Part shown: one piece after another, positions 19,632 to 29,243 of the stretch
Numbering within the stretch: the first letter of the stretch is position 1
Layout of the letters: each line of letters starts with the position of its first letter
Origin: an uncultured Chloroflexia bacterium
GTDB lineage: Bacteria; Chloroflexota; UBA6077; JACCZL01
DNA length: 64,000 bases
Direction of reading: 5' to 3'
NCBI GenBank assembly: GCA_963765765.1
Contig: CAVXYC010000010.1
Coordinates: 64,001-128,000 of the forward strand
Program-made: the position numbers and the translations under genes
The notes under the pieces: generated by a model
What the model was told of the DNA's origin: nothing
The model's input: only the letters and a program-made list of their open reading frames with translations
Databases searched by the model: none

Positions 19632-21371
19632 CTAATCAACATCGTCCGGATGCCCGATGATCGTCTGCTCGTTTACATAACGAACGAGTCCTGGAGGGGC
19701 CCCCCGAATTTTGCGAACGTTGCGCACGGCTGTGTGATCCACTGGCACGGCGCCCGCGCTACGTCCACGGGAGTATTTTGCGGCGAGATCCGCGGCCATC
19801 TGGAGCGCGGCTGCGCTTGGTGGATGAGTAGCGCCTCGGAGAATGACGTGCGCGCCGGGCTCACCGCGAGCATGAAACCAGATGTCATCGGGCGCGGCGA
19901 CCTTGAATGTGACTCGCTCGTTCATCGTGCCGTTCGTTCCCACCAGGATCGTGAAGCCATCAGAACTCTGATATCTCCGCGGCTGGGGCTCTTGTGACAC
20001 ACGGCGCTTCTTTGGCGGCTCTTGTGCAGACCCATGAAAGGTGTCTAGCTCCCGCGAGATCTGGCGATGCGTGGATTGCGCGTCGTTCGCTTCGGCCATT
20101 GCCAGCAGGCTCTCCAAATACTCGATTCGATGCGCCGAATGCTCCTGCAGCTCCGGCACATGCGCAGCGGCGTCACGTCGCTTGCGATAGTCGCTGAAGT
20201 ACCCGTTGGCCACTTCGATTGGGCTACGCGGCGGATCAAGCGGAACCGTGAGCCCATTGAACTCGAGCGACGTAGCACCTGCCGGAATCGACGACAACGA
20301 TGCGAAAATCGCCTCACCAAAGAGCCGAAGTCGTTCGATCTCTTCCTCGGCAGGTATCTCGCGTGAGAGCGCGCCCTCGCGTCGCCGCTCCACCTCAATG
20401 ACTTCACGAATCCTACGGCTGACCTCGGCCGCGGAGCGCGAGACGCGTTGACGAGCGGGGCCGACTGAGAATGCTGCCTCGATGGCGGCACTCATGGATT
20501 CATTGACCTGGATGCGGACGTCTGGAGTCGATTCCAGAAAGTACGGGCGGTAGGGTGTCAGCGAGATTGGCGCGTCTTCGAAGTAGGCAACATTCGGTTC
20601 AACGATGCCGGACTCAATTGCCTCCACGAACCCTCGCACGGTTGTGGCGATAGCATCCCACGAGCTCGTATCCCCGATGGTCAATTCGTGCACGTCAGCG
20701 CGATATGCTACCTCGCGCGCGGCGTTGGGGCTGAATCCCGCGACCAAGCGCGCCAGGGCGTCCGAGACGGAAAGGGTCCGCGCCAGATCATTGGCCGCCG
20801 CTTTCAGTTCTTCCGCAAGGTCGGGGTTTGATGGATCGAGCCGATCCTGAGGTGGGGGCGGCACATAGGGCAGACGAGGCAAAACGGGACGCTGAGGTGA
20901 CCTGGATGGCGGCGTGCGACGAAGCGCTTCGAGAATGAGGTCGTTTTCATCCACCAGAATTGCGTTGCTGCGCCTACCCATCGTTTCTATAATCAGCCCA
21001 CACGTGCGAATCTCGCCGTCGTCTTTCGTGGTAACCTCGAAACGGAGAAGCCGTTCGAGTCGTGGCTGCGTAATCTGTACGACCCGACCCCCGCGGACGT
21101 GCTTTCGAAGCTGAAGCAGCATTGGCGATTCGACAACAGCGGACGGCTCAGATTTCTGAGTGGTGAGATGCATTCGGGTCGCATCATCGCCAATGTGACA
21201 GAACAAACGACGACGGAGATGATGGGCGTAAATCTCGAGACTCAACTCATTCGCTCGAACCTCTACTCGCTGCACGGCGCCGCCAAGGACGCCGGCCTCC
21301 AGCTCTTGACGAAGAGCGGTGGCGCACAACGCGTCGAAAGACGGTCGAAGACGACTGAAGTCGAGATTCAT
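19632..21371 (-). CDS. rqcH: NFACT/RqcH (FbpA-like) ribosome quality-control protein
   Basis: SFDAL..., LRKHVRGGRV..ITQPRLERLL, IETMGRRSNAILVD, DIWFHARGEPGAHVIL; start near 21371 rather than 21764. Confidence 0.85.
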   Translation of the reverse strand: MNLDFSRLRPSFDALCATALRQELEAGVLGGAVQRVEVRANELSLEIYAHHLRRRLFCHIGDDATRMHLTTQKSEPSAVVESPMLLQLRKHVRGGRVVQITQPRLERLLRFEVTTKDDGEIRTCGLIIETMGRRSNAILVDENDLILEALRRTPPSRSPQRPVLPRLPYVPPPPQDRLDPSNPDLAEELKAAANDLARTLSVSDALARLVAGFSPNAAREVAYRADVHELTIGDTSSWDAIATTVRGFVEAIESGIVEPNVAYFEDAPISLTPYRPYFLESTPDVRIQVNESMSAAIEAAFSVGPARQRVSRSAAEVSRRIREVIEVERRREGALSREIPAEEEIERLRLFGEAIFASLSSIPAGATSLEFNGLTVPLDPPRSPIEVANGYFSDYRKRRDAAAHVPELQEHSAHRIEYLESLLAMAEANDAQSTHRQISRELDTFHGSAQEPPKKRRVSQEPQPRRYQSSDGFTILVGTNGTMNERVTFKVAAPDDIWFHARGEPGAHVILRGATHPPSAAALQMAADLAAKYSRGRSAGAVPVDHTAVRNVRKIRGAPPGLVRYVNEQTIIGHPDDVD

Positions 21372-21392
21372 GGCTGGGTGGCGCGCTAACTC

Positions 21393-22046
21393 ATGGACCA
21401 GGAGGCGCCCGTCCGAACCGTCGAGACCGCAAACGGTACAGCTATGGGTGCCAGAGCCAGCGGGCTCGTCTTTATTCTCTCCGGTCCATCGGGTGTTGGC
21501 AAAGACGCCATTCGTGCACAGCTTCAAAAAGAGGATTTTCCAATCACCTTTTGTGTGACGGCAACGAGCCGTGTCCCTCGCCCGGGGGAAATCGATGGCG
21601 TGCACTATCGATTCATCAGGGTCGATGATTTCGAGACGATGGAAGCCTCTGGCGACCTTCTGGAGCATGCCATCGTTCACGGCCGACATTATGGTGTGCC
21701 ACTTCGCCACGTGCGCGAGGGCCTGGAAGTTGGGAAAGACCTTTTTGTTACCGTGGACGTGCAAGGGGGGGAGACAGTGCGGCGCAAGCTCTCCCGAGCG
21801 ATCACGATATTCCTTGCGCCTCCGTCCTTGGATGCATTGCTTCCTCGTTTAGCCAGCCGTGGCACCGAAGACGAAGCGGAACGTGCCGTGCGATTGGCAA
21901 CGGCGGCGAAAGAGATGGAGCGCATGCCGTTTTACGACTACGTCGTAGTGAACGAGCAGGGTCGCTTGCTCGACGCCGTAGAAAAGATCAAGGCGATCAT
22001 CGTCGCCGAACGCTGCCGCGTTCAACCCAGCCTCGTCGAGCTCTAA
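21393..22046 (+). CDS. gmk: Guanylate kinase
   Basis: ILSGPSGVGKD, TSRVPRPGEIDGVHYRF, YDYVVVN. Confidence 0.95.
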   Translation: MDQEAPVRTVETANGTAMGARASGLVFILSGPSGVGKDAIRAQLQKEDFPITFCVTATSRVPRPGEIDGVHYRFIRVDDFETMEASGDLLEHAIVHGRHYGVPLRHVREGLEVGKDLFVTVDVQGGETVRRKLSRAITIFLAPPSLDALLPRLASRGTEDEAERAVRLATAAKEMERMPFYDYVVVNEQGRLLDAVEKIKAIIVAERCRVQPSLVEL

Positions 22047-22056
22047 TCCACGCCCT

Positions 22057-24075
22057 GTGCCCTACCTCGAGATAGGTCTCGATCTCGGTGGAGCCAGGGG
22101 CGACCAGCTCACCTATCGAGCAGCGGAAACGGACGGCCCGGTGGTGGGCTCGTTGGTGCTGGTGTCCGTGCGCGGACGTACATCAATTGGTGTCGTGCTG
22201 CGGGAGGTTGAGCCACCGGATTTCGACACCCGTGAGATCGACCGAATCGCCTCGCCAGTCACAATCCCCAGCACTCACTTAGAGCTCGCAGGCTGGATGT
22301 CAAGGCACTACCGTGTGCCCAGGTTTGAGTGTCTGAAGCTGGCTTTTCCGCCCGGCCTCGAGGCGCGCGCGCGTCGCGGAGCGCCGAATCTCACTTCGTG
22401 GCCTCACTCCGACGATCAGCCGAGCTCGACGACTGAGCTCGGGACGCGTGCCGCATTGAGCCGGGATCAGCAGGACGCCTGCGAATTGATTGCCGCTTCG
22501 ATTCGCGCGCGTCACTCGGATGTATTCGTACTTCACGGCGTCACGGGTAGCGGGAAAACTCACGTCTTCCTCGAAGCGGCGGACGAAGCAATCAAGGTTG
22601 GATCGCAAGTGGTTGTGCTGGTCAGTGATATCTCGCTGACCCCAGAGCTCCTGGCTCGGATCGAGCGAAGGTTTCCCGGTCGGGTTGCCGTGCTCCATAG
22701 CTCGATCGCGGAAGGGGCGCGAGCGCGCACCTGGCGCGCCATTCATGATGGTGCTCTTTCAGTGGTTGTTGGTACGCGCTCAGCGTTGTTTGCTCCGGTG
22801 CATCGTTTAGGCCTCATTGTCCTGGATGAGGAACACGAGCCGAGCTACAAGCAAGATGCCACGCCTCGATATCACGCACGAGATACCGCGATAGAGCTGG
22901 GACGCATCGCCCGAGTGCCGGTGGTGTTGAGTAGCGCCACGCCTGATATCACGACGTACTACCGTGCAGAGCAGAATGAGTATCGACTGCTCACTCTCCC
23001 TGAGCGTGTGAGCGGCTCAAAGCAGGGGCGTATTGTTCGGGCGCCGCTGCCGTACGTTGAGATCGTCGATCTGCGTCAAGAGCTGAGAGCCGGCCACGCC
23101 GGGCTCATCAGTCGATCCTTGCAAGACAACCTGGAACGAACGTTGGCGGCGGGACTCCAGTCGATGCTTTTCCTGAACCGGCGTGGGGCGGCGACTGCGC
23201 TCTCTTGCCGGGCGTGCGGTCAGGCCGTTGAATGTCGACGATGCGCCACCCCGATGGGTTACCACGAATCCCGCGGGATGCTTATCTGTCATCGATGCGG
23301 CCGGAAGCGCGACGTGCCGGACGCATGCCCACAGTGTGCCGAGGCTCGACTGATGCCGCTGGGCGCGGGCGTACAGAAAGTTGAAGCGGAAGCTCGTCGG
23401 AAGTTTCCATCGGCCAGAGTGATTCGCTGGGATCGAGACTCCACGAGCGCTCGAGGAGCGCACCAGGAGCTCTGGCGATCCTTTTCCGCGCACGAGTCTG
23501 ACATCCTGGTGGGCACTCAGATGATCGGAAAAGGACTCGATTTTCCGGACGTCGGCCTGGTTGGCATCGTCCTGGCAGAGTCGCAGCTATTCCTGCCGGA
23601 CTACCGCGCCGCGGAGCGGACATTCGAGATTCTGACGCAGGTGGCGGGACGGGCAGGACGTCGTTCCGAGCAGCCAGGGAGAGTTCTTCTCCAAACGTAC
23701 GTTCCCGAGCACTACGCTATTCGGGCGGCCGCTCGGCATGACTACCTGGATCTGTATCGCCGCGAGCTGGCGTTTCGCCGGCAACAAGCTTATCCGCCGT
23801 TCCGTCCGCTCATTCGACTCTTATATAGCGCCTCAAATGAGGGTGGCGTTCAGGAGGAGGCTGCGCGAATGGGATCGATACTGGAGGCGGAGTCTAAGCG
23901 TCTGGGGCTCGCCGATGTCCAGCTCATCGGACCGGCTCCGTCCTTTATTGCTCGCCTACGTGGCCGATATCGTTGGCACATTGTTCTCGCGGGAGCTGAC
24001 GGGTATCGTCTGCTCGATGCGGTCACGATAGGTCGAGGCTGGGTGGTGGACGTGGACCCGATGGATACCTTGTAG
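22057..24075 (+). CDS. priA: Primosomal protein N' (replication-restart helicase)
   Basis: HGVTGSGKT, DEEHEPSYKQ, four CxxC, GTQMIGKGLDF, QVAGRAGR, VDVDP. Confidence 0.95.
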   Translation: MPYLEIGLDLGGARGDQLTYRAAETDGPVVGSLVLVSVRGRTSIGVVLREVEPPDFDTREIDRIASPVTIPSTHLELAGWMSRHYRVPRFECLKLAFPPGLEARARRGAPNLTSWPHSDDQPSSTTELGTRAALSRDQQDACELIAASIRARHSDVFVLHGVTGSGKTHVFLEAADEAIKVGSQVVVLVSDISLTPELLARIERRFPGRVAVLHSSIAEGARARTWRAIHDGALSVVVGTRSALFAPVHRLGLIVLDEEHEPSYKQDATPRYHARDTAIELGRIARVPVVLSSATPDITTYYRAEQNEYRLLTLPERVSGSKQGRIVRAPLPYVEIVDLRQELRAGHAGLISRSLQDNLERTLAAGLQSMLFLNRRGAATALSCRACGQAVECRRCATPMGYHESRGMLICHRCGRKRDVPDACPQCAEARLMPLGAGVQKVEAEARRKFPSARVIRWDRDSTSARGAHQELWRSFSAHESDILVGTQMIGKGLDFPDVGLVGIVLAESQLFLPDYRAAERTFEILTQVAGRAGRRSEQPGRVLLQTYVPEHYAIRAAARHDYLDLYRRELAFRRQQAYPPFRPLIRLLYSASNEGGVQEEAARMGSILEAESKRLGLADVQLIGPAPSFIARLRGRYRWHIVLAGADGYRLLDAVTIGRGWVVDVDPMDTL

Positions 24076-24176
24076 TGGTCATTCTCGAGGCTGGTTCGAG
24101 GCATGCGGTCGACCCTCATCGAAAGGTTGAGGGGGCCAGCCCGGGGTTATTGGACGAGGCGACTCCCGACCAGGCT

Positions 24177-24209
24177 CCTTCTCCCTTTGGGAGAGGGTTG
24201 GGATGAGGG
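24177..24209. repeat. REP-like palindromic element
   Basis: ccttctccctttgggagagggttgggatgaggg resembles the widespread CCCTCTCCC-n-GGGAGAGGG-n-GGGTGAGGG intergenic repeat; single copy here. Confidence 0.55.
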
Positions 24210-24217
24210 TGGACCGC

Positions 24218-24766
24218 ATGCCTCAACCGCAAACGGCACTCCTTACCCTGGTCACGGGCGGCATTCGCAGCGGGAAAAGTGAGCTCGCTGAACGCCTCGC
24301 GAGCGAGCTAGGTGAGCGGATCGCCTATGTGGCCACCGGCGCCGCAATTGACGCTGAGATGCGCGAGCGAATCGCGGCACATCAGCACAGGCGGCCATCG
24401 AGCTGGATCACCGTTGAAGCTGAAGGCGGACGGATCGCGGAGCTCATGGAGCCACACTCCGAGCACGTTGCCGGAATCTTGCTTGACGACCTTGGCGGTC
24501 TGGCTTCTTACGCAGTGCTCCACACCGACTCTATCGTAGCGGCCGAAGCATGGATGGAGCGAGAGGAGGAGAGCATCTTTTCGCTGCTGCAGACGAGGGC
24601 TCTTCCTGCAATCGCGGTGACAAGCGAGGTCGGACTCAGCCTCGTTCCGACGAACGACCTTGGCAGGCGTTTTACAGAGGTCCTGGGACGAGCCAATCAG
24701 CGCTGGGCAGGAGTCGCGACGAGCGTCACATTCATGGTCGCGGGGCTGCCCTGGAAACTGAAATAG
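24218..24766 (+). CDS. cobU: Adenosylcobinamide kinase / adenosylcobinamide-phosphate guanylyltransferase
   Basis: LVTGGIRSGKSELAE, YVATG..DAEMRERIAAHQHRRPSSW, EVGLSLVP, GRANQ, VAGLP. Confidence 0.92.
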   Translation: MPQPQTALLTLVTGGIRSGKSELAERLASELGERIAYVATGAAIDAEMRERIAAHQHRRPSSWITVEAEGGRIAELMEPHSEHVAGILLDDLGGLASYAVLHTDSIVAAEAWMEREEESIFSLLQTRALPAIAVTSEVGLSLVPTNDLGRRFTEVLGRANQRWAGVATSVTFMVAGLPWKLK

Positions 24767-24866
24767 GACCATTATTTCGGGCGGAAAATTCGCGATTGCC
24801 GAAATGGGGCAATTGCTACAATAGTCCAGTATTTCCCTTCGAGCCGTTCGCGACGTGAGGAGCAGC

Positions 24867-25385
24867 GTGAGCGCGGTACTCGTTCTCAACCAGAATTACG
24901 AGCCACTAAACGTGTGCAATACGCGACGTGCCGTGGTGCTCGTCGACGGTGGCAAGGCTGAGGTAGTGGAGCATGGGTCGGGGGAGCTGCGCGCGCCGAA
25001 TCGAGTGTTTCTGCGCCCTTCCGTGATCCGCATGGTGTATCTCATCAAGCGACCACGCCCAAAGGTTCGACTGACTCGTCGCGAGATTTTCATTCGAGAT
25101 CGATTCACGTGTCAGTATTGCGGGGTAAAGGGGCGTGACCTGACGCTGGATCATGTCATTCCGCGGCACCGTGGCGGTCGGCACAGTTGGGACAATCTCG
25201 TAAGTGCTTGTCGGTCATGCAATCACCGTAAGGGCGGAAAGATGCTCGAGGAGTCCCGCCTGACGCTCAGCCAGTTTCCGTTTGAGCCAAAAGCCAACAG
25301 CTTTTACCTCTTCGGTCAGTACCTCGACTCGTACGTTGAATGGTCCAAGTTCATCCCCGACGGTGGGCGGCTAAAGGCCAGCTAA
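24867..25385 (+). CDS. HNH endonuclease (McrA/HNH_5 type)
   Basis: VLVLNQNYEPLNVC, RDRFTCQYCG, LTLDHVIPRHRGG..WDNLVSACRSCNHRKG. Confidence 0.92.
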   Translation: MSAVLVLNQNYEPLNVCNTRRAVVLVDGGKAEVVEHGSGELRAPNRVFLRPSVIRMVYLIKRPRPKVRLTRREIFIRDRFTCQYCGVKGRDLTLDHVIPRHRGGRHSWDNLVSACRSCNHRKGGKMLEESRLTLSQFPFEPKANSFYLFGQYLDSYVEWSKFIPDGGRLKAS

Positions 25386-25396
25386 TCGTAGGCTGC

Positions 25397-26062
25397 CTAA
25401 TTCGGGGAATCGAAGAACATCGTACGCAGCTCTTCCTCATGAGCGGAGCGAGTGAGCGCCAGCACCTGATCGCCACCTTCGAGCACTGTTGAACCCGTCG
25501 GGAAGATCGGCTGGCCTTCCCGAATAACGATGGCAATGGTACTCTCTCCGGGCATTGGAAGTGAGCGTAGCTCCTTGCCAACGAGCTGAGAGTCCGCCGC
25601 TATATCCGCTTCCACGAGCTCCACGTCCGCGTAACGCAGGTGTAGTAGCGGAATCAGGGAATCGCGCGGTATTTCCTGCTCAATAACCGAGAGCACGACA
25701 TCAGTTGCACTTACGGTGGCGTCGATGCCCAGGAGTCGAAAGATCTCCTGATTCTTCGGGTTGTTGATCCGTGCGATCGTGCGTCCTACGCTGAATCGCT
25801 TCTTTGCTACCTGGCACATCACCAGGTTGTCCTCGTCATCACCGGTCATTGCCAGCATGAGGTCCGCGCGCTCGGTACCCGCTTCGCCCAGCGTTCGCGC
25901 TTCGCACCCATCACCCACCATGACGACGTTTCCCAGCTCGTTGCTGATGATCTCTGCGCGCCGGCTGTCCTGCTCGATGATCAAGACCTCATGGCCCTGC
26001 TCGATAAGCTCTTTGGCAAGGTAGTAGCCGACTTTTCCGCCGCCACCGACAATCGCAAACAC
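25397..26062 (-). CDS. trkA: TrkA-family RCK protein (TrkA-N + TrkA-C)
   Basis: VGGGGKVGY, TGDDEDNL, ARINNPKN, C-terminal RCK_C. Confidence 0.9.
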   Translation of the reverse strand: MFAIVGGGGKVGYYLAKELIEQGHEVLIIEQDSRRAEIISNELGNVVMVGDGCEARTLGEAGTERADLMLAMTGDDEDNLVMCQVAKKRFSVGRTIARINNPKNQEIFRLLGIDATVSATDVVLSVIEQEIPRDSLIPLLHLRYADVELVEADIAADSQLVGKELRSLPMPGESTIAIVIREGQPIFPTGSTVLEGGDQVLALTRSAHEEELRTMFFDSPN

Positions 26063-26066
26063 GGCG

Positions 26067-26480
26067 CTACTCCTCGGCCTTTTCAGCCATCAACCGGTCG
26101 TAGAGACTTTGGGCGCCAATGACTGTTGGAGAGACCGCATCAATACCCAGGGTCTGGTAGGTATCGCTTCGGATCGGGTCATAGATTCGAGTAACCACGC
26201 GTGGTACATGGAAGATGTACTTCGCCATCTGGGAGGCCATAATGTTGCGGTTATCCCCCTGCGTGACAGCCGCGAATGCGTCCACTCGTTCAATTCCCGC
26301 CCGCCGAAGTACGTCGACATCGATGCCGTTGCCGACAAGCGCCGTTCCAGTGAAGCCGGTGGGAAGGCGTTCAAACGCCCGCTCGTTGACGTCCAATACG
26401 GTGACTTCGTGTTGATCTTCGGCCAGGAGCGTGGCAAGTCGAGCGCCGACGCGGCCGCATCCCATGATGATGACTCGCAC
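26067..26480 (-). CDS. trkA: TrkA-N-only RCK protein
   Basis: IIMGCGRVG, VTQGDNRNI, RIYDP. Confidence 0.88.
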   Translation of the reverse strand: MRVIIMGCGRVGARLATLLAEDQHEVTVLDVNERAFERLPTGFTGTALVGNGIDVDVLRRAGIERVDAFAAVTQGDNRNIMASQMAKYIFHVPRVVTRIYDPIRSDTYQTLGIDAVSPTVIGAQSLYDRLMAEKAEE

Positions 26481-26592
26481 TCAGCTCCTCCAGCCGATTG
26501 TGTAGCAGTTCAGGAATATCGGCGTGCCGAAAGCACTCATAGCTCAGAACCCGCTTCTTGGCTCAACGGCGCGGCCGTTGAATGCCTGATGC

Positions 26593-27042
26593 TTACCCGA
26601 TGGCCTGGCGGCAGATCCAGACGCGGCAGGGCGCATTCTTCAGTACGTAGGGTACCGTTTTGCCCATCGAGAATTCACCAAATCGCTTCTCGTAGTTAAT
26701 CCCCAGGAGGATCAGATCAACTTCTCTGTTGATGGCCTCATCGACGATCGCTGTACCGACGTCGCGCGCCTGGAGAAGCTCCGTCTGGATAGTTTCGTCT
26801 AGCTCGCCAGCTATCTCTTCGGCCCGGTCAAGTACTTCCTCGCCTCGAGAAGCTTCATTGGGCAGATCGGCGTCAAGGGGTAGGGACCGCTTGACCTCGA
26901 TGATGTAGATCGCGTGGACCTCTCCGCGATTGGCTCGGCCAATCTGACAAGCGAGTGCAACCATGTCGCGATCGGTGGGATTGCCATTGACTGGAACCAA
27001 AATCCTGCGGGCTTGGATCGGGTTGTCGTCACGGTTCGCCAT
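26593..27042 (-). CDS. Universal stress protein
   Basis: RILVPVNG, AIVDEA..VDLILLG, GKTVPYVLKNAPCRV. Confidence 0.9.
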   Translation of the reverse strand: MANRDDNPIQARRILVPVNGNPTDRDMVALACQIGRANRGEVHAIYIIEVKRSLPLDADLPNEASRGEEVLDRAEEIAGELDETIQTELLQARDVGTAIVDEAINREVDLILLGINYEKRFGEFSMGKTVPYVLKNAPCRVWICRQAIG

Positions 27043-27199
27043 AATGCGTTCCGATTATATCACCGTCAGGAGTGGTTCCCGGCCATGACGGGCCCGTGTG
27101 ACGGAGTGGAGCCGTCGAACTTCCGTTCCGTCACTCGAGTACAAATCATGCCTGCGCGGCGGGCTGCCGTCGACGTCGAAGTTGTCTAACGACCCACCA

Positions 27200-28130
27200 G
27201 GCTGCGACGCACGGGATTCCGTACATGGGAAGCCAGACAGCCACCCAGATCCCCGCTCGGGCAACCCCCTGGAGTGAGCGAGTCAGGGCGTTTACGGCTT
27301 CCGTCAGCATTGCCCGCGGGCTCCACTCACGTGTCTGGCCTGACGATGCGGCCGAAACGTCGCGCAGTGTCAGAACGTCGCGCAGTGTCAGACTGATTGT
27401 GGTGAACTCACTGCGGCGCTCGAGAAAGCGCGGCGCCCCTCAATGCGCTCATCTGAACCTCGCACGTTGGTCAGCTCGCGTGGACGACGATAACTTCATC
27501 CACCTTCTGAGCGCTCTATCAAGCTGACCCGACGCACCTAAGTCGCCTGCAGATTGCGGAGATCGGATTCGGGGTCCACGAATTCCTCAGTCACGTCCTG
27601 GCTAGAGAGCGACTCTTCGGTTACCCGTACGGCCAGCTTGCGAAGCTGCTCCATAACTGTGTTGTATGTATGCTGATCGGACGAAATTCTAAGGACGGTC
27701 GTTTCGTCCGATCACCCTCCTGCTTGAACCTAGAGCTCGTGAAGCTGCCGCCCACACTATCGGCAATGAGCTCGACCTGCTGGAACGCGTGGGAGACATC
27801 GTCCAAGCGCAGCGCGAGCGTCACTGCACCGATGATCATGTGACCGATCGGCGAGACCGTTACTGCCGCGACGCTACCCGTGGACTGATTAGGTGCTGCC
27901 GGTCGCGTCGCGGCATTGTCCGTGGATGCGTCCGCGCTGGGTGGGGCTGGCGCGGACGCTGCCGAGCGACCTTCGACTGAGCTCGTGAAAGGCGCCTGTG
28001 CCGGGACTGCCTTTGGACTGGTGAGAAATCCACCGATTTGGGGAGCTACCGAGCAAACAGTGACCGCGAGAGCAAGAACAGCGGCCGCGGGTAAGAGGAT
28101 TCGGCGCATTGGTGCCTCCATCCGATTCAT
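27200..28130 (-). pseudogene. DUF4349-family protein, decayed
   Basis: SQDVTEEFVD..DLRNLQAT then in-frame TAG at 27538, ELTNVRG..IEGR..LERRSEFTTISLTL; several frameshifts. Confidence 0.75.
27356..27391. repeat. Perfect 18-bp tandem duplication inside the DUF4349 pseudogene
   Basis: aacgtcgcgcagtgtcag x2. Confidence 0.85.
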
Positions 28131-28265
28131 TGCTGATCAAGACGCGAGGTAGCTCGAGATGGCTCTCGTGAGATTCCTCCGCGCGACACTGACGTTAGCA
28201 AGGCGCTCTCGTAGGCTGATCCCTTGACTCATCGTGTAAAATTTGACAGTGACACGGAGCGCCGA

Positions 28266-29222
28266 TTGACAGCGACAATCCGTCCGATTCGCCCCACGGA
28301 TTTAGCACCGCTATTTCGCTTTCGGCATCAGGCAGAGTCCGCTCAGATTACGGCCCATCATTGGCCGAAGATTCAGCCTGAGAGTCCGCGTTTTCCTCTC
28401 GCCCGATTCATCGCCCAGTCGTTCACTCGTTCGACGGGCCCGCGGATTCTGGCCGCCTGGTCGAATCGGCGAATCGAGGGACTAGTCGTCGGTCGCCCGC
28501 GCAGCGCTGGGGTCGTGTGGGACGTCGAGCGCCTTTATGGTGAGAACGACCAGGTCTGTGCTGACCTTCTGGACCATATTGGTGGCTACGCGGTGCGGGG
28601 CGGCGCGCGGCGTGTGTTCGTGCAGATTCCAGCTGAGAGTCGCGGTCGACTGATCACTCAGAAGGCTGGATATGAGCGATACATGGGTGAGCGTCTATTC
28701 AAGCTCACGCCTCCATTCAACTCAAAGCTTCCAAATCCGTTTCCAGCACGACCGCGGCTTCGTGCTGATGAACACAGTCTCTTTCAGCTTTATTGCGCGG
28801 CTGTGCCAGCGCAGGTGCGCGCGGCAGAGGCGATGACAAGAGAAGAGTGGTTATCGCTACATCACGGTCCACGAATCTGGAAGCCAACCCTATTTGGAGA
28901 CCGACATCAATACGTCTGGCAATTTGGCGAGACAACGGTCTCCTGGGTTGAGATCGTTTATGGAGCGCGTAGTCAATTCATGGAAGTAAACCTGCACCCA
29001 GACTACGAGCGACTCCTTGATGGAATGGTGGCGTACGCGTTAGGGCAGACATCTGAAAAGGCTCCGGTCTATGCGAGTGCGCGCTCATATCAGGACGCAT
29101 GGGCGAGCGGCCTGGAGAGAGTGGGCTTTGTGGAGGTGTCAACAACCGACTTGTATGTACGACAACTGGCGGCTCGTAGCCTGGAGCCTGCACTTGTTCC
29201 GGCGAAATTAGTGAGTGGGTAA
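28266..29222 (+). CDS. Tandem GNAT-fold hypothetical protein
   Basis: TIRPIRPTDL, WDVERL, GARRVF..QKAGY, RPRLRADEHSLFQLYCAAVPAQVRAAE, LERVGF; TTG start after GGAG. Confidence 0.6.
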   Translation: MTATIRPIRPTDLAPLFRFRHQAESAQITAHHWPKIQPESPRFPLARFIAQSFTRSTGPRILAAWSNRRIEGLVVGRPRSAGVVWDVERLYGENDQVCADLLDHIGGYAVRGGARRVFVQIPAESRGRLITQKAGYERYMGERLFKLTPPFNSKLPNPFPARPRLRADEHSLFQLYCAAVPAQVRAAEAMTREEWLSLHHGPRIWKPTLFGDRHQYVWQFGETTVSWVEIVYGARSQFMEVNLHPDYERLLDGMVAYALGQTSEKAPVYASARSYQDAWASGLERVGFVEVSTTDLYVRQLAARSLEPALVPAKLVSG

Positions 29223-29243
29223 TGTGAGGTCCACGCGACACGG

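Noticed and set aside
21372-21764. N-terminal extension making NFACT 710 aa
   Set aside because: It is antisense to gmk; NFACT homology begins near SFDAL (~21340).
24867-25385. HNH nuclease as a defence or mobile system
   Set aside because: It is the common stand-alone VLVLN..YEPL HNH family, with no methylase, cas gene, intron or other defence partner adjacent.
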